Shown one piece after another: positions 13,667 through 27,371 of a DNA stretch of 64,000 nt. Made by a program: the position numbers and the translations under genes. Within the stretch, counting starts at the first letter, position 1. Each line of letters starts with the position of its first letter. The stretch is from Octopus vulgaris (Eukaryota): contig OX597816.1 in NCBI GenBank assembly GCA_951406725.2, positions 8,618,001 to 8,682,000 on the forward strand, given 5' to 3'. Under the pieces are notes generated by a model that worked only from the letters and a program-made list of their open reading frames with translations, did not search any database and had not been told where the DNA came from.

Positions 13667-13769
13667 TTGGCGGAAAGAAGTCTCTACCATTGATGAAGAC
13701 ATTGGAGATTCGAATAAACTCTGGACAGGTGGTGCAGCACTCCGATCTTTACTGCGAAGAATCTCGCTT
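13667..13769 (-). CDS. NUP35: NUP35 coding exon 3 (SEILRSKDRSAAPPVQSLFES...FRQ)
   Basis: KDRSAAPPVQSL resembles NUP35 KDKSGAPPVRSI. tttttcag| and |gtaagt, 103 nt, phase 2 to 0. Confidence 0.9.
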
Positions 13770-16129
13770 CTGAAAAATATTAATTTTACTTTCAGCAATG
13801 GTAGAAACAATAACAGATGGGTGATTAACTCTTTCGATACAAATTCATCCAAAACTGACCCTGGTTCCAGGAGACAAACTGTTGGCAGTGATCTCAAAAT
13901 CTTCCATCAAAATTCCATGTCAATTTATGTTCCAAACAACAGCTTAATTAATAGTTTCAAATTTTAGCACAAGGCCAGCAATTTTGGGTGAGGGCCTGTC
14001 ATTGGATTGCACTCATGCTGGGACACTCCTTGATGGATTTAGTTGAACAAATCAACCCCAGTACTTATTCTGTCTCTTTTAACTGAACTGCTAAGTTACA
14101 GGGATGTAAACAAACCATCACTGGTCATCAAACTATAGGGGGAGACAAATACATATAAAATGGGTTTCGCTTAGTTTCCACCTACCAAATCCACTCATAA
14201 GGCTTTGGTCAAAGCAAGGCTTTAATAGAAAACATTTGCTCAAAGTGCTGTGAAGTGGGATTGAACCCAAGGCCATACGGTTGGATCTAATTTCACTTCA
14301 TATCTAATAAAGTATGAAATTCTTAGACCGAGCACACACACAGACAACCCAGATTGAATGGTATTAAGTTACGTTGTGAGTTCAAATTCCGCCGAGGTCG
14401 ACTTTGCCTTTCATCCTTTTGGGGTCGATAAATTAAGTACCAGTTATGCACTAGGGTCGATGTAATCGACTTAATACCTATGTCTGTCCTTGTTTGTCCC
14501 CTCTGTGTTTAGCCCCTTGTGGGTAATAAAGAAATAGGTATTAAGTCACTCATCACCACACTCCAACTTCAGTCCAACAGGCATCTGTCTCCTCTCCCAG
14601 GCCTTTCAACCATGACCACCACCATTACACGGTCAGATGCCCTCCAGATATGGATGGTCACCTGCCATCTCTGCCTGGGTTGTGCTGATTCATTCAGCTC
14701 CTCCTTCAGGGGACACTGTAATTCATCTCCTCCTGTCACCCATACCCACCAACTCCAGGTGCCACTGTAACCCCTATATCTAGACCTTCCTTCCTCGACT
14801 GTTGGCTCTCAAGAATTCCTCCCTGCATACATGTTCCCTGAAACCACTTATTTGCAAAAGCTCAAGAGGTACACAACCCTGTCATCTTTACCAGTTCAAC
14901 CATTTAGCATTCAGATCACTCTGTCATGTGTCGTCATCATCATTGTTTAACGTCTGCTTTCCATGCTAGCATGGCTTGGACAATTTTGACTGAGGACTGG
15001 CGAACCAGATGGCTGCACCAGGCTCCAATCTTGATCTGGCAGAGTTTCTACAGCTGGATGCCCTTCCTAACACCAACCACTCCAAGAGTGTAGTGGGTGC
15101 TTTTTATGTGCCACCAGCACAGGGACCAGTCAGGCGGTACTGGCAATGACCTTGCTCGAATCTTTTTACACATGCCACTAGCACAGGTGTCAGAAATTCA
15201 AGTGTTTGAATTTAACTTTCGCAATCCCATTTGGGGTCACAACCCATAATTTATGAAGTGCTGATCTATAATATACTATTAACATATCTATTATATATTA
15301 CTGCTCTACCCACTCAGCTGAGAGATCTCTTCTTGCAAGTTGCTTAGTGACTCTATTGGTGCTGGTGCCCTTCCTAACGTCAACCACTCTGAGAGTGTAG
15401 TGGGTGCTTTTTACGTGCCACCAGCACGGGGGCCAGTCAAGGCGGTACTGGCAATGACCTTGCTCGAATCTTTTTACACATGCCAGTGAAACGACGTTGG
15501 TAACAATCATGCTCAAATGATGCCCTTTTACATGCCACAGTTACGGAAGCCAGTTGGCGCCTCTGGCAACGACCATGCTCGAATGGTGCTCTTGGCACCC
15601 TACTAGCACGGGCACAAGTGCCAATAAGGCAACACTGGTACATTTATTCACACCAATTGGAATTGGACATCCATTGTCTTGTAGCTTGGAATTTCAATGA
15701 TGTGTGTTTATTTCTAAAATAATATTGCAGGCTAAGCACCATCCGAACATGGCCGTAGCCAGCGCCGACTCGACTGGCTTCTGTGCCGGTGGCACATAAA
15801 AAGCACCATCTGAACGTGGCTGATGCCGAACCCCCCCTGGCACCTGTGTAGGTGGCACGTAAAAAGCACCCACTACACTCGCGGAGTGGTTGGCATTAGG
15901 AAGGGCATCCAGCCGTAGAAACTCTGCCAGATCAGACTGGAGCCTGGAGCAGCCCCTGGCTTCCCAGACCCCGGTCTAACCGTCCAACCCGTGCTAGCGC
16001 GGAAAACAGACGTTAAACGATGATGATGATGATGAAGCTAGATCCGGCCAGTTTGAGGATAAAACAAGAATATTTGGTGCTAGTCTAGTACGCAGTCTAA
16101 CATGGTGTCAAACAGGGTTGTCTACCTGA

Positions 16130-16690
16130 TCTCTCAGATTTTTCCAGAGATTTCAGCGATTAAAAAACTTCAGATATTTCAGAATCATGGTTTTAGCATC
16201 TAACCAAGATCACTCAATGGCCTGAGTGTGTGCTCCACTCACTGGATCCACATAATGTCATTGATGGTTCACTGTCAGATGGTGATAAACTATGGCATTT
16301 TAATTATTATAAGTGGACCAATCATCTTTTTCACATTCACTTTCAATAATTGGGATCAGAGTGTTCCCGTCACACCGTTCCACACAAAAGTATTGACAGT
16401 CTGAGCCTTGCTTGAGACCCACAGCCTATCAATTCTACATCCATGGTTCCTGTTGTTTTGTTGTTCTGCATCACTGTCATTAAGAGAGGAGCGTTGTCGC
16501 CATCCAGCTTTCTTCCACGATTGCATTTTCGTCGCCCAGCAAATCTTGCTTCATCAATCTCAATGGGGTTATCATTTGTTACAACCATCTTCCCTCATCG
16601 TTCATGATAAACTATGGCTCCACGCACCTTGCGACACATATTATACCAGTCAGTTTTTGTATTTTTAGATTTCCCTGTTAGAGTCACTGC
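16130..16690 (-). mobile_element. Merlin (IS1595/ISXO2-like) DDE transposase remnant
   Basis: IEIDEARFAGRRKCNRGR and HLTVNH...VDPVSGAHTQAIE.SW motifs, with stops and frameshifts. Confidence 0.8.
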
Positions 16691-17456
16691 TGTGGTCATG
16701 GGTATATCCATGACAAAGAAAAATCATCATCATCGTTTAACGTCCGCTTTCCATGCTAGCATGGGTTCGACGATATTGACTGAGGGACTGGCAAACCAGA
16801 TGGCTGCACCAGGCTCCAATCTTGATCTGGCAGAGTTTCTACAGCTGGATGCCCTTCCTAACGCCAACCACTCCGAGAGTGTAGTGGGTGCTTTTTATGT
16901 GCCACTGGCACGGGGGCCAGTCAGGTGGTACTGGCAATGACCTCACTCGAATCTTTTTACACATGCCACCGGTACAGGTGCCAGTAAGGCGACGGAACGA
17001 TCGCAGTCGAATGGTGCTCTCTTACGTGCCACACGTAATAGCAACGATCACACTTGGATGGTGCTCTTGGCACCCTACTAGCACGGGGCACAAGTGCCAG
17101 TAAGTTCTAAAATCTCTCTCAGGTTCAGCTTGCAGTTTAATCTGTTGTTAATGTCCGTATCATGGGACAATTGGTTTCGTTTATTAACTGAACGATTAAG
17201 ATAGATAACCCTGGCTATACTGTTTGACAAAGTGTTAGACTGCATCCTATACTAGCACTGAACATTTGGGCCAGATAAGGCTGGTTTAAATGTACTCTAA
17301 AACATGAAGTTTATACTGTAGAATGAAGGGTAGACTCTCAGACAAGTTGGTGCCAAAAGGGTTAATTCTAGTTGCCTTCTAAACAACTTCAAACTTTCTT
17401 GCAAATTCATGTCATAATCCAATAAGTAAAAAATTTCAAATAACTGAAACACTCAC

Positions 17457-17572
17457 CTTGATGGTGGGGTCGTTACCATACTGGATGCTGGGGATACTTT
17501 GGTTCCTTGTTGACGTCTGGCAGAGATGGGTGTGGTCTGAGCATGACCTGAAGGCCAACGGAGTGGAGTTTG
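17457..17572 (-). CDS. NUP35: NUP35 coding exon 2 (QTPLRWPSGHAQTTP...TTPPS)
   Basis: tcctttag| acceptor, |gtgagt donor, 116 nt, phase 0 to 2, open S/T/P-rich frame linking its neighbours. Confidence 0.85.
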
Positions 17573-18508
17573 CTAAAGGATAAAAAAATTAATAAATGTT
17601 ACTGTCAAGTTTATAACAACAATAAACTACAATTTTTTTCTTACATCAACAAAACCCCTCAAATCCACAGGAAAAAAGAAATACTGCATTTGATGGCATA
17701 CAAAGATGCAATGAAATCCCAGCAGTGCTGTTCAGGAAAAGAGTGCTAGGGACAAAAATTGGCCTATAGGAGGCCCAAATTTGCACCAGTCCTTATATGC
17801 TAGTAGGATGTTAAGAGAACCATCCGAGCATGATCATTGCCAGAGTGGCTAACTGGCTTCCGTGCCGGTGGCACGTAAAAGCACCCACTACACTCTCAGA
17901 GTGGTTGGCGTTAGGAAGGGCATCCAGTAGTAGAAAGTCTGCCAGATCAAGATTGAAGCCTGGTGCAGCCATCTGGTTTGCCAGCTCTCAGTCAATCGTC
18001 CAACCCATGCTAGCATGGAAAGCGGATGTTAAACCATGATGATGATGATAATCAGGTCCAGGATCTATCCTCGGTTAACAGAGACAATCAGGGAAACCCA
18101 TGGCCTAACTTTGACTGCTAGAACACCCTACAAGCAGGGGAACAAGTGCCAGTAAGGCGACGCTGGTAACGTTCACACTCGAATGGTGCCTTTTATGTGC
18201 CACTGGCACAGAAGCCGGTTAGCTGCTCTGTCAACGATCACGCTCGTATGGTGCTCTTTGCAACTCATTAGTACGGATGCCAGTCATTGAATGAGATTTT
18301 GATTTTGTGTCGTTAGGAAGGGCATCCAGCCGTAGAAACACTGCCAGATCAGACTGGGCCTGATGCAGCCTTCTGGCTTCCCAGACCCTTGTTGAACTGT
18401 CCAACCCATGCTAGCATGGAAAACGGACGCTAAATGATGATGATGATGATGGATCCTATTATAAGATTGGCATTTGTTGATGGCTAAAAAAAAGAAAAAA
18501 AGCCTCAC

Positions 18509-18604
18509 CGTTCTGCCATGTGGTGTAACGTCTCCCAAGAGATAACCGGGTAGATATTGGTTAGGAGGAGTATGAATATTTGGAGAAACAGCACTGGATG
18601 TCAT
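18509..18604 (-). CDS. NUP35: Nucleoporin NUP35/Nup53, first coding exon (MTSSAVSPNIHTPPNQYLPGYLLGDVTPHGRT)
   Basis: QYLPGYLLGD resembles the NUP35 N-terminal FLPGFLMGD motif. Phase-0 donor acg|gtgag at 18508; acceptor tttctgtag ending at 18631. Confidence 0.88.
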
Positions 18605-19193
18605 TCTCTAAAGTCAGAATGTGTTGGTAGCTACAGAAACATGGACAAAAAAAGAATTCCATTATTAAAGACTTTGACAGTTTTGTTGCTAAGAAAAATA
18701 AAAACGAATCAGAGCCTTCAAATAAATTTCTGCAGTCAGAAATCCCAAATTTTAATGGATATATTGAAATCATTCTCAATGTTTTCCCAGAATTTAAATA
18801 AATTTGTAAAAGAAATATGTAACTTTAATCCTTTCATTATCATATTTGTGACTAATTACACTACCTACAAGTTTCAATTAAGAAATAATCAAGAATTTCA
18901 TTTCGACACGTAGTTGATGTTTGTAACTTAATTGAGACCAAGATCATTCTATAGAATTATGATGGAAGATTCTAATTTATATACGAACACTTTAAAAGAG
19001 GTTTTGTATCACTCTTCCCCTAACTGTCATTCACTCTCTCTCTTCCTCATCCTCTCTATTGTGTACCATTTCTTACTGCCTGGCTCCAAGGTACTGTCTC
19101 ACTCTGTACCTGTTGGTACCTTTTCTGTCACCTCTCTACACAAAGTATGATTGGAAAAATTAATCAACCAACCATCATTTATATCATCTATTT

Positions 19194-19235
<42 letters not shown>

Positions 19236-21390
19236 AGTGGCTGTGTGGTAAGTAGCTTGCTAACCAACCACATGGTTCCGGGTTCAGTCCCACTGCGTGG
19301 CACCTTGGGCAAGTGCCTTCTACTATAGCCTCGGGCCGACCAAAGCCTTGTGAGTGGATTTGGTAGACGGAAACTGAAAGAAGCCCGTCGTATATATGTA
19401 TATATATGTGTGTGTATGTTTGTGTGTCTGTGTTTGTCTCCCTAGCATTGCTTGACAACCGATGCTGGTGTGTTTACGTCGCCGTCACTTAGCGGTTCGG
19501 CAAAAGAGACTGATAGAATAAGTACTGGGCTTACAAAGAATAAGTCCCGGGGTCGAGTTGCTCGACTAAAGGTGGTGCTCCAGCATGGCCGCAGACAAAT
19601 GACTGAAACGAGTAAAAGAGTATATATATATATATAGAGAGAGAGAGGTGAAATAAACATCAGAGATGCTTTTCCCTATGCTGAGACTGCAGGAGCTACT
19701 CAGAGGTTTTGCTAACTCTTCTAAATCCATTGTAAGGCTGGAATATTCTGACCAGGGCACAAAAACCCCCAAAAAAATAGTGTAAATAGTGGCTAAACTA
19801 CAACATGGAAAGATCAATGTAGTCCATAGCCAAACAACCTCTTTTCTTTTTGTTAGGGAGATTTTAAACACAAGGGTTACTGTTTGGGGGAGATCTTATT
19901 TCTTTACTGTTATGGCTATCACATTTTTCTTTCTTTTTCTTGTTTTCTTCTGACTTGTATTACAAAGTCTTTGACTCAGTTCAGCAGTGCCAAACCAAAA
20001 AGTATAGAAACTATTATTTCACTTCAATGGTGTTGGTTAATCTATTGATATTGATAACTTCACCACACACACACATTCAACTCCACAATAATAATAACAA
20101 CCGATACTAAAGATGGTGCTATGGCCTTTTCTTTGATAATATCTTTCTTGCTTATTTAAATTCAGTTCAATGCACACATGCCTTGAACCAACCATTTCTC
20201 TTTGTGTATGTGTGTTCTTGATAATCGTTTAGAACAAGTAGTTTTACACAAATTGCACTATCTTTTTCCGGCCCGGGTCAAACACTATAGTTTAAAGGCT
20301 ATGGACTGAAGATGTGAATTTTTTTTGTTTGTTTTTGTGTCCGGGTCAAACCCGGAACATTCACGATGTGAATTTTCCGAGTCCTCTCCCCCACCCCCTT
20401 TTCGCGAGCGCGCATTTTTTTTTTGTCATCTTCGTTTAGAGCAAGTTGTTTTACACCTATTACACTATATTTTTTAATGTTTTTACTATATTAACTTAAG
20501 TTTTTTATTATTGTTTTTACTTTCTCAAAATAAATCAATCGCCACCCCAAAACTCCATCATGTTAGGTTAAATCATTCCTAACTTCATTTACTAACGGAT
20601 AAAAGGATATAATATAACACTGCGTAGTTAAGTTGGAAATTCTTAAGTTCGCAAACTTTTTCAAATATTTGGGGTGGTTTTCTTCTTTCTGTTTTTATTG
20701 TTACACTCGTCTGATGAGTCGGCAGCAAGAGTGCGTGAAGTTAGGGGCAAAAATGTTAAAAATGAAACTTTGGGGATACCAAAGTAATTCTTTAACAGAA
20801 GAAAGCAACCACACACATTACTTTCCCTTTCCCAAGTGGCAGTGATAGCCGTTTCCGAAAGTCCGTCGCAGAGGATTTCGGAATTGAATAAGGGTGTAAA
20901 AAGATTTTTTTTTTTGGTCTTTATCCTCCCTATCTGAGCAGACCTTATAATCAAAGACATTCCAGCTTGTTTTTTGTTTTCCTACTTTTTTTGACACAAA
21001 AATGCTTCTAGAAAAGTGAACAACCACGCAATTCCGTGTCCACGAGATAGTGAAAGACTATTCCGGGAAACACGCCTATCAAGGCGAATATTTAAACTAA
21101 TAAAATGAATATCCTCAATTTTATGGCACTAAATTCAAGAACTAGCCTTTAAATACAGCTTTATTACACGTGTGTGTGTTACATTAAAGTATTTGCCTTG
21201 AAAAACCAATAAATGAAGCTAATTAAGCGAAATCTCATTTTGTAGGGAACTGGGCAACAACGAAATAGACATCAGTATTTAAGGGAGCTTTCTTTTTTAT
21301 ATTTTAGGACTGTAAATGTAAGAGCAGTTTAAAGATCAGTTTGAATTAAGGACTACGAAAAGCGAGGATAGTGAATAAACTAGAACCTAC

Positions 21391-21480
21391 CTCGTAGAAT
21401 CCGTTACGATTTCGAACGGTGGAGATTTCAAGATTTGAATGAAAGAAACCACCGGAAGAAGAGGTCATGAACCGGAAGTA
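21391..21480 (-). promoter_or_regulatory. Putative NUP35 first exon and promoter with tandem ETS-type CCGGAAG sites
   Basis: Donor gag|gtaggt at 21390; CCGGAAG at 21452-21458 and CCGGAAGT at 21472-21479; locally CpG-rich unique sequence ~2.8 kb upstream of the first coding exon. Confidence 0.55.
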
Positions 21481-23459
21481 ATATGTAAGCCTCGTTTTGG
21501 AAGAGCGGCTTTTTTTAAATGCTGAAATGTCGTTGAAAGAAATAAAACTTTGTGACTGAATTAAGAACTCTGTTTATTTGGAATTAATATGTCTATTTGT
21601 AAATTAAGGACTTTAATTGTTTCTTGTTTTACTTTTACAGTTATGCATATATTAAAATATGTTATTTTGAAATAATAACTCATTATCAGTTGGGGAAAAG
21701 AAAAGAGCACGGATCTTTTCCTTTTGATGAACGGCATTTTCTAGTTAACTAAACAATTTGAAAGGGCACAGATTCGGATGTAGTGAGGGACAAACATTTA
21801 AAATTGTAATTTTACGCTTTATTTGTTTCGGTTATTGGACGGTAGCCATTCTGAGGCACCGCCTTGAAGGGTTTAGGCAAACAAATAAACTCAGTACTGA
21901 TTTTTTTTTTTTTAATCTCTATTACAGTGCTTTTCAAACTTTTTGCTGGAGCGGAACCACAAGGAAACATTCCACTGGCTCGAGGAACCCCTGTGCAATA
22001 ATTTAATAGCCTTATGCACACATATCTGCACAGGAGAATTAAAAATTACTGCCGATTTTAGCAGTTTTGTAACTTCTTGCGGAACCCTGGTTGAAAACCA
22101 CTGCTCTTTATCGGTTTCTTGTCGAATAGCTAAGTTACGGGGACGTAAACAAACATAAACCGGTTCTCAAGCAGTAGAGAACAAATATACATACAACAGA
22201 CTTCCACACGGTTTCTGCCTACCATCTTCACCCATAAGGTACTAGTCTCCTAGGGCGAAAGGAAAAAACGTGCCTTCGGTGCCGCGCTGTGGGACTAAAC
22301 CTGGAACCACGTGATTGCAATAACTGCAAACAAGCACTTTATCAGCGGAGCGCTGTGGTTTAGACAAGATGTTTCGTTTTAGGAGGGGGGAGCGGCTCCT
22401 AATTCATTAGCAGACAACGTAATTTCAAGAGTAAACTTTGGTTACGTAACTATTTGTGTAAATAAGTATTGTAGCTTGGGATCTTTTCTAAAAGATGGAC
22501 AGAATTTTCTACTTAACTAAATAATTTGAAACTTCGTATACTGGTAGAATGTGTCAAGAGAAAACATTAATTTCAATTAGTTTTTTTGAGAAAAATGTAT
22601 TTTGTAACTTTTACGTAGTTTAATTCTTCGAATTTTAACCAATCGTATTCTCTGTTTTAAGCTCAATTCATTCTGCCGTGTTATTCATCCTTATCACTGT
22701 CTTCTGTCTTCAAAGGCTTTTCCCATGTTTATTTCAATATCATCCTTGACTTACGGAACGATTACCTATGTGTGCGTGTGTGTGGACCCGATACCTCAAG
22801 GTATTTTAAGTTTCATTGTTCCAGAATCAACTACAGTTATTTTGAGTTTCATACAGCTGGATTTCGTGGCAATATTTGTACGTAAATACCCTGTAACCTA
22901 GATCTTACCTATACAACCTACCTGTTGAAAACTTCTGCTTAGAATTAAATTAAAAATTATCGAATTAAGCAAATAAAAAAAAAAGAATAACAAAGGGAGA
23001 TAACCCGAACAAGAAGTTGAGAAAGATTAGTCTCCCTTGGAAGAAGTCTTTCAAGTACAAATCAGAAATTGTAGGGCTCAAAGTCGAAAACTGAAATTAT
23101 CCAAGGGATGGGAATTCATTCACCCTAGAGGATCTTAAAAATCTAAAAAAACAAAAGAGTTAAGTCTAGATTAGCTTAATTTGGTTTGGCAGATAGGGAT
23201 GCTCCAAAATTGTCCATTGAACGAATTGCTTGTACTATAATGTGCTTAAATGTATAGTTACAACCATATGCCCACGTCATTACAGGTTTTACATCGGAAC
23301 CACGATTCATTTTAAGCAACGCTAACGTGCACACCTGTTAAGCTGAAAATTTACCTCGTTTTCTACATCCCTCGCAATCCACATACCCTACAATCTGTCC
23401 TGTTCCATAGTTTGCAGCGGAATTCCTCGGACATTCCTCTTTGGAGTGATCGATTTTTT

Positions 23460-24253
23460 TTTTAACAGTTTGAAACTTTGTATACTGGTGTAATTTCTCA
23501 TGCTGAACACGGTTTAATTTCAACATTTTTGACAAAATTTCATATTTTAGAAGTTGTCATATTTGGGTAATTTTAACCAATCAATGACGTGCATTCAGCT
23601 GAAGAAAACTACTGCTGTTTGCAATAGTAATCAAAGAACAACACCTTGCAGGTCATCTCTACTAAATGTCACCACTTGTTTCCTGCCTGTGTTGCATATC
23701 ACACCCTTTGTTTTTTTCCGATCGCCTCTTTGTACATTTGCCTGTTAATTTTGCGATTATTTTCACCTATCTGTTGCATTTTATTTTTGTTTACTGCCTG
23801 TGTTGCATACTGTACGCTTTGTTTGCTTTTCAATCGCCTCTTTGTACATTTGCATTTTCACCACACATAGAAAGAGACAATCATCATCATCATCATCGTT
23901 TAACGTCTGCTTTCCATGCAGAAAAAAAAAGGCCTGTAATATGCAACACAGACAATAAAGAAGAATAAAATAGAACAGAGTTGGTGACATTTAGTAGAGA
24001 CGACTTAGAATTTGTTGTTCTTTGATTACAGTCACAAACAGCAGTGGCTTTCTTCAGCTGAATACATGTTGTTGATTGGTTAAAATAACCCAAATAAGAC
24101 AACTTTAACATGAAATAACTTCTACAATATGAAATTTTGTCACAAATATTGAAAGGAAACCATGTTCAGTGTGAGAAATTAAACCAGTATACAAAGCTTC
24201 AAACTCTTTAGTTAAAAATTCTTTTTAATCTGTGAGCGAAACTGAAGAGATCC
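23460..24253. mobile_element. Fold-back MITE with ~240-bp imperfect inverted arms; the left terminus appears truncated
   Basis: ~23460-23700 mirrored by ~23940-24215 (twin ORFs 23554..23748 + and 23893..24111 -). Confidence 0.7.
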
Positions 24254-24338
24254 TATATTTGTAGTATATTATTTATATGTATATACATATATATATATAT
24301 AGGTAAACATACACATCATATCCATATACAAAGATAAA

Positions 24339-25207
24339 TACGAGGTCTGATCAATAAGTATCCAGACTGTTGCCATGGAAACAAAGCTAAAGCACACAGA
24401 GTGGATCCGCTTGGCAAAGATTGACCTTGCACTCTGTTGTGCATGCGCACACTCAGTTTTAATATTCTAGCTCACTTCTGTTTACAGCAGTGCTTTGAAG
24501 GAAGGTGTGTAGCGTGTGATCGTTGCATTGACCATGACAGAGAAAGTTGTCATGGCGATACATGCTCAGAGGTGTACACAAGGTTGCAGAAAGTATATGA
24601 GCCACACACAAGTGTACGAGTGGTTTGGACATTTCCAAGAAGGCCGAAAAAATGTCAATATTGACGAACATTCTGGGAGACCTGCAACCAGCAGAACTGA
24701 GAAAAACATTGCAGATGTGTGGGCAGTTGTGAAGGGAAATTGTTGAATCACCATCTGTGAGTTATCAGAGGCTGTGCAGATTAGTTACGGTTCAGTTCAG
24801 TCCATTATCAATCAAGATTTAGGTATGAGACATGTGTTTGCCAAGTTTGTGCCAAAACTGCTTTCAGCTGACCAAAAAGACACTCGGGTTTCAGTTGGAT
24901 AAGATCTCGATTGTGTCAAGAATGAGGAAAACTTTTTGAAAACTTTGCGCAGACCTCTGAGCAGATATTGTCAAGCTTTTGTCAAAATTTGATGCAGATT
25001 CTCTGCTCAACTTTCTGTCATGGTCAATTCAATGATCACCTTCCTTCCAAGCACTGCTGTAAACAGCAGAAGTGAACTAGAATGTTAAAAGTTAGTGCAC
25101 ATGCACCAGCAGAGTTGAAGGTCAATGTGTGCCAAGCGGCTTCATTCTGCGTTGCTTTAGCTTCGTTACTACGGCAACAGTCTGAATACTTATTGATCTG
25201 ACCATGA
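24339..25207 (+). mobile_element. Internally deleted mariner element with ~170-bp TIRs
   Basis: 24339-24507 mirrored by 25037-25204; HTH remnants VYEWFGHFQEGR...DEHSGRP...AKFVPKLL. Confidence 0.88.
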
Positions 25208-25915
25208 ATATACACCATGTGTGTATATATCCTATTTATAAATGTTCTAAAATCTTCACAGCCTTGGTTTTTTATCTCATTCTGAAAAAAAAACAATTTT
25301 TATATACACACATGCTGATATATGACCTACGTTGGACCCCTTATTCGCACAATGACCGAACCTGGAGCTTAACTATGGTCTGTCCATAGCCCTTACTCAG
25401 CATTACCTGACACCTTTCGGTCTTACAGATACCAATACCTCTCTCTCTCTCTCTGTATATTACAGTATTGACTTATAAACCTTTAATATATTTGGTTGTA
25501 TATTATGGTTGCAAAACAAAATACTGAGTCCCTACCAGCAGTAACACACACACACACATATATGTAAAGGTGCATGGGTGCCTAGTGGTTAGAGTGTTGT
25601 GCTCACAATCACAAGATCATGGTTTCAGTTCCTAGACCAGGCGGTGTGTTGTGTTCACTTTGTCTCACTCTGCTCTGTGATCACTTCAACACCTGGTGCG
25701 TGGTACACCATGCACCTGTTCAGGCTAAATTGATTTGATGTAGGGAGTGAGCTGATGGACAGCTCATACATTTGACCACAATAAACAAACCCTTTGGTGC
25801 AGGTCATAATAATAATAATAATTGTGTAGTGCTCAGGTGCACTACAACTCATCTGCAGAGTCATTCAGCACACAGCTGAACACTACACTCATACATCATC
25901 TTCAACAGGAAAATC

Positions 25916-25959
<44 letters not shown>

Positions 25960-26556
25960 GATCAAACCACTATTAGGCAAATCAAACAGTGAAAAACATA
26001 AACCAATACATAGAAATAAAAATAATTAATATAATATTCAAAATTTAAATTATTTAAATTATTAATTTATACTCATAAATTTATATATATATTATTTTTA
26101 TTATTATTTTTTATTTATTTTATTTTATTTTATTTTAATTTTTTTTAAAAATATAATTATCAAAAAGTATTAAAAAGTTTAATATAAGATAAAGAGTATA
26201 TATATATGTAAAGCATAATGTTATATGTATGTATATTATTGTAATTATCAGTTTAGTAAATAAATAATTAAGTTAACATTATATAATGTCTAAAAGTTGA
26301 TGAACCACCCATTGATCCCCTCCATTTTCTTATTTGCTTTATAAATTAATAGTAAAATATCTCTTCACATTCACCCATTTAGTACACTCAGTAATGTAAT
26401 TGCAATGCAATAAAAAACACTTGTGTATTAATAACTGGGTATTCTACCAGCAGTATATTGGATAGATATTATCCCTTAGTGGGTTGGATTCACAACCTCT
26501 AACTTTCTTGGAGTTATATATATTTATATATATATATATATATAAATAAATAAATA

Positions 26557-26971
26557 CAGGGTTGGCCAAAAGTAACCAGACAGTAAATCAAAATTCCATG
26601 AATACTTAACCCTGTTGAAATTCTCTGTGTTTCTTTTAATTAATTATAAATATAACAAATAATTTAGTTATCATTAAGCTAGTGCTAGGAACATAAATTG
26701 TGACTAAGTTTTGCTGGAAGATTTTAATTCAGAACTTATGAAAACAAGACATCTGTACTACAGAGCCAGTTTCAGCCAGGTTGGTATCAGAAGAGTTAAT
26801 ATTCAGTCTTATTTATTCATTCCAATTATGAATGCTGTGAGTTAAAATCACTGTTTTTTCTTTTCCTCCAACATTTGTCTATTTCTTAGTCTCATGTAAA
26901 ATATTTTTTTGTTTTAATCTTGGAATTAAATGCTTTTAATTTACTGTCAGGTAACTTTTGGCCAACCCTGT
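26557..26971. mobile_element. Tc1/mariner-type MITE with a nested piggyBac-like MITE
   Basis: ta|cagggttggccaaaagtaacc ... ggtaacttttggccaaccctg|ta. Confidence 0.8.
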
Positions 26972-26989
26972 ATGTATGTATGTATGTAT

Positions 26990-27291
26990 GTCACCGTCAC
27001 AGACCAGGCTATCAGACGTTGCTACACATCGCTGGTCACAATGCGCTTCACATTGTTTTAGCCTTCAAATGATGCCACCCCACTGGCTAAGCAAGCAGGC
27101 CAACAGAAGAAAGAGTGAGAGAAAGTTGTGGCGAAAGAGTACAGAAGGGATCACCACCACCCTCTGCCAGAGCCTCGTGGAGCTTTAGGTGTTTTCACTC
27201 AATAAACACTCACAATGCCCGGTCTGGGAATCGAAACCACGATCCTACGACCACGAGTCCGCTAGCCTAACCACTGGGCCATTGCGCCTCC
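26990..27291 (-). mobile_element. tRNA-derived SINE family C (related copies ~25568-25900, 54117-54200)
   Basis: Head ggaggcgcaatggcccagtggttagg...ggtttcgattcccagacc followed by a non-tRNA body. Confidence 0.75.
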
Positions 27292-27296
27292 ACATG

Positions 27297-27371
<75 letters not shown>

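Noticed and set aside
21480-21700. Possible divergent plus-strand transcript (at|gtaagc at ~21485, ttttacag at ~21640)
   Set aside because: Only isolated splice-like motifs; no ORF or downstream exons found.
25920-26300. Extremely AT-rich tract
   Set aside because: Low-complexity sequence adjoining (TA)n microsatellites; no supportable function.
27215-27291. tRNA-like sequence (also the heads of SINE families A and B)
   Set aside because: A/B boxes are present, but the sequence continues into a repeat body and I could not fold a full cloverleaf.
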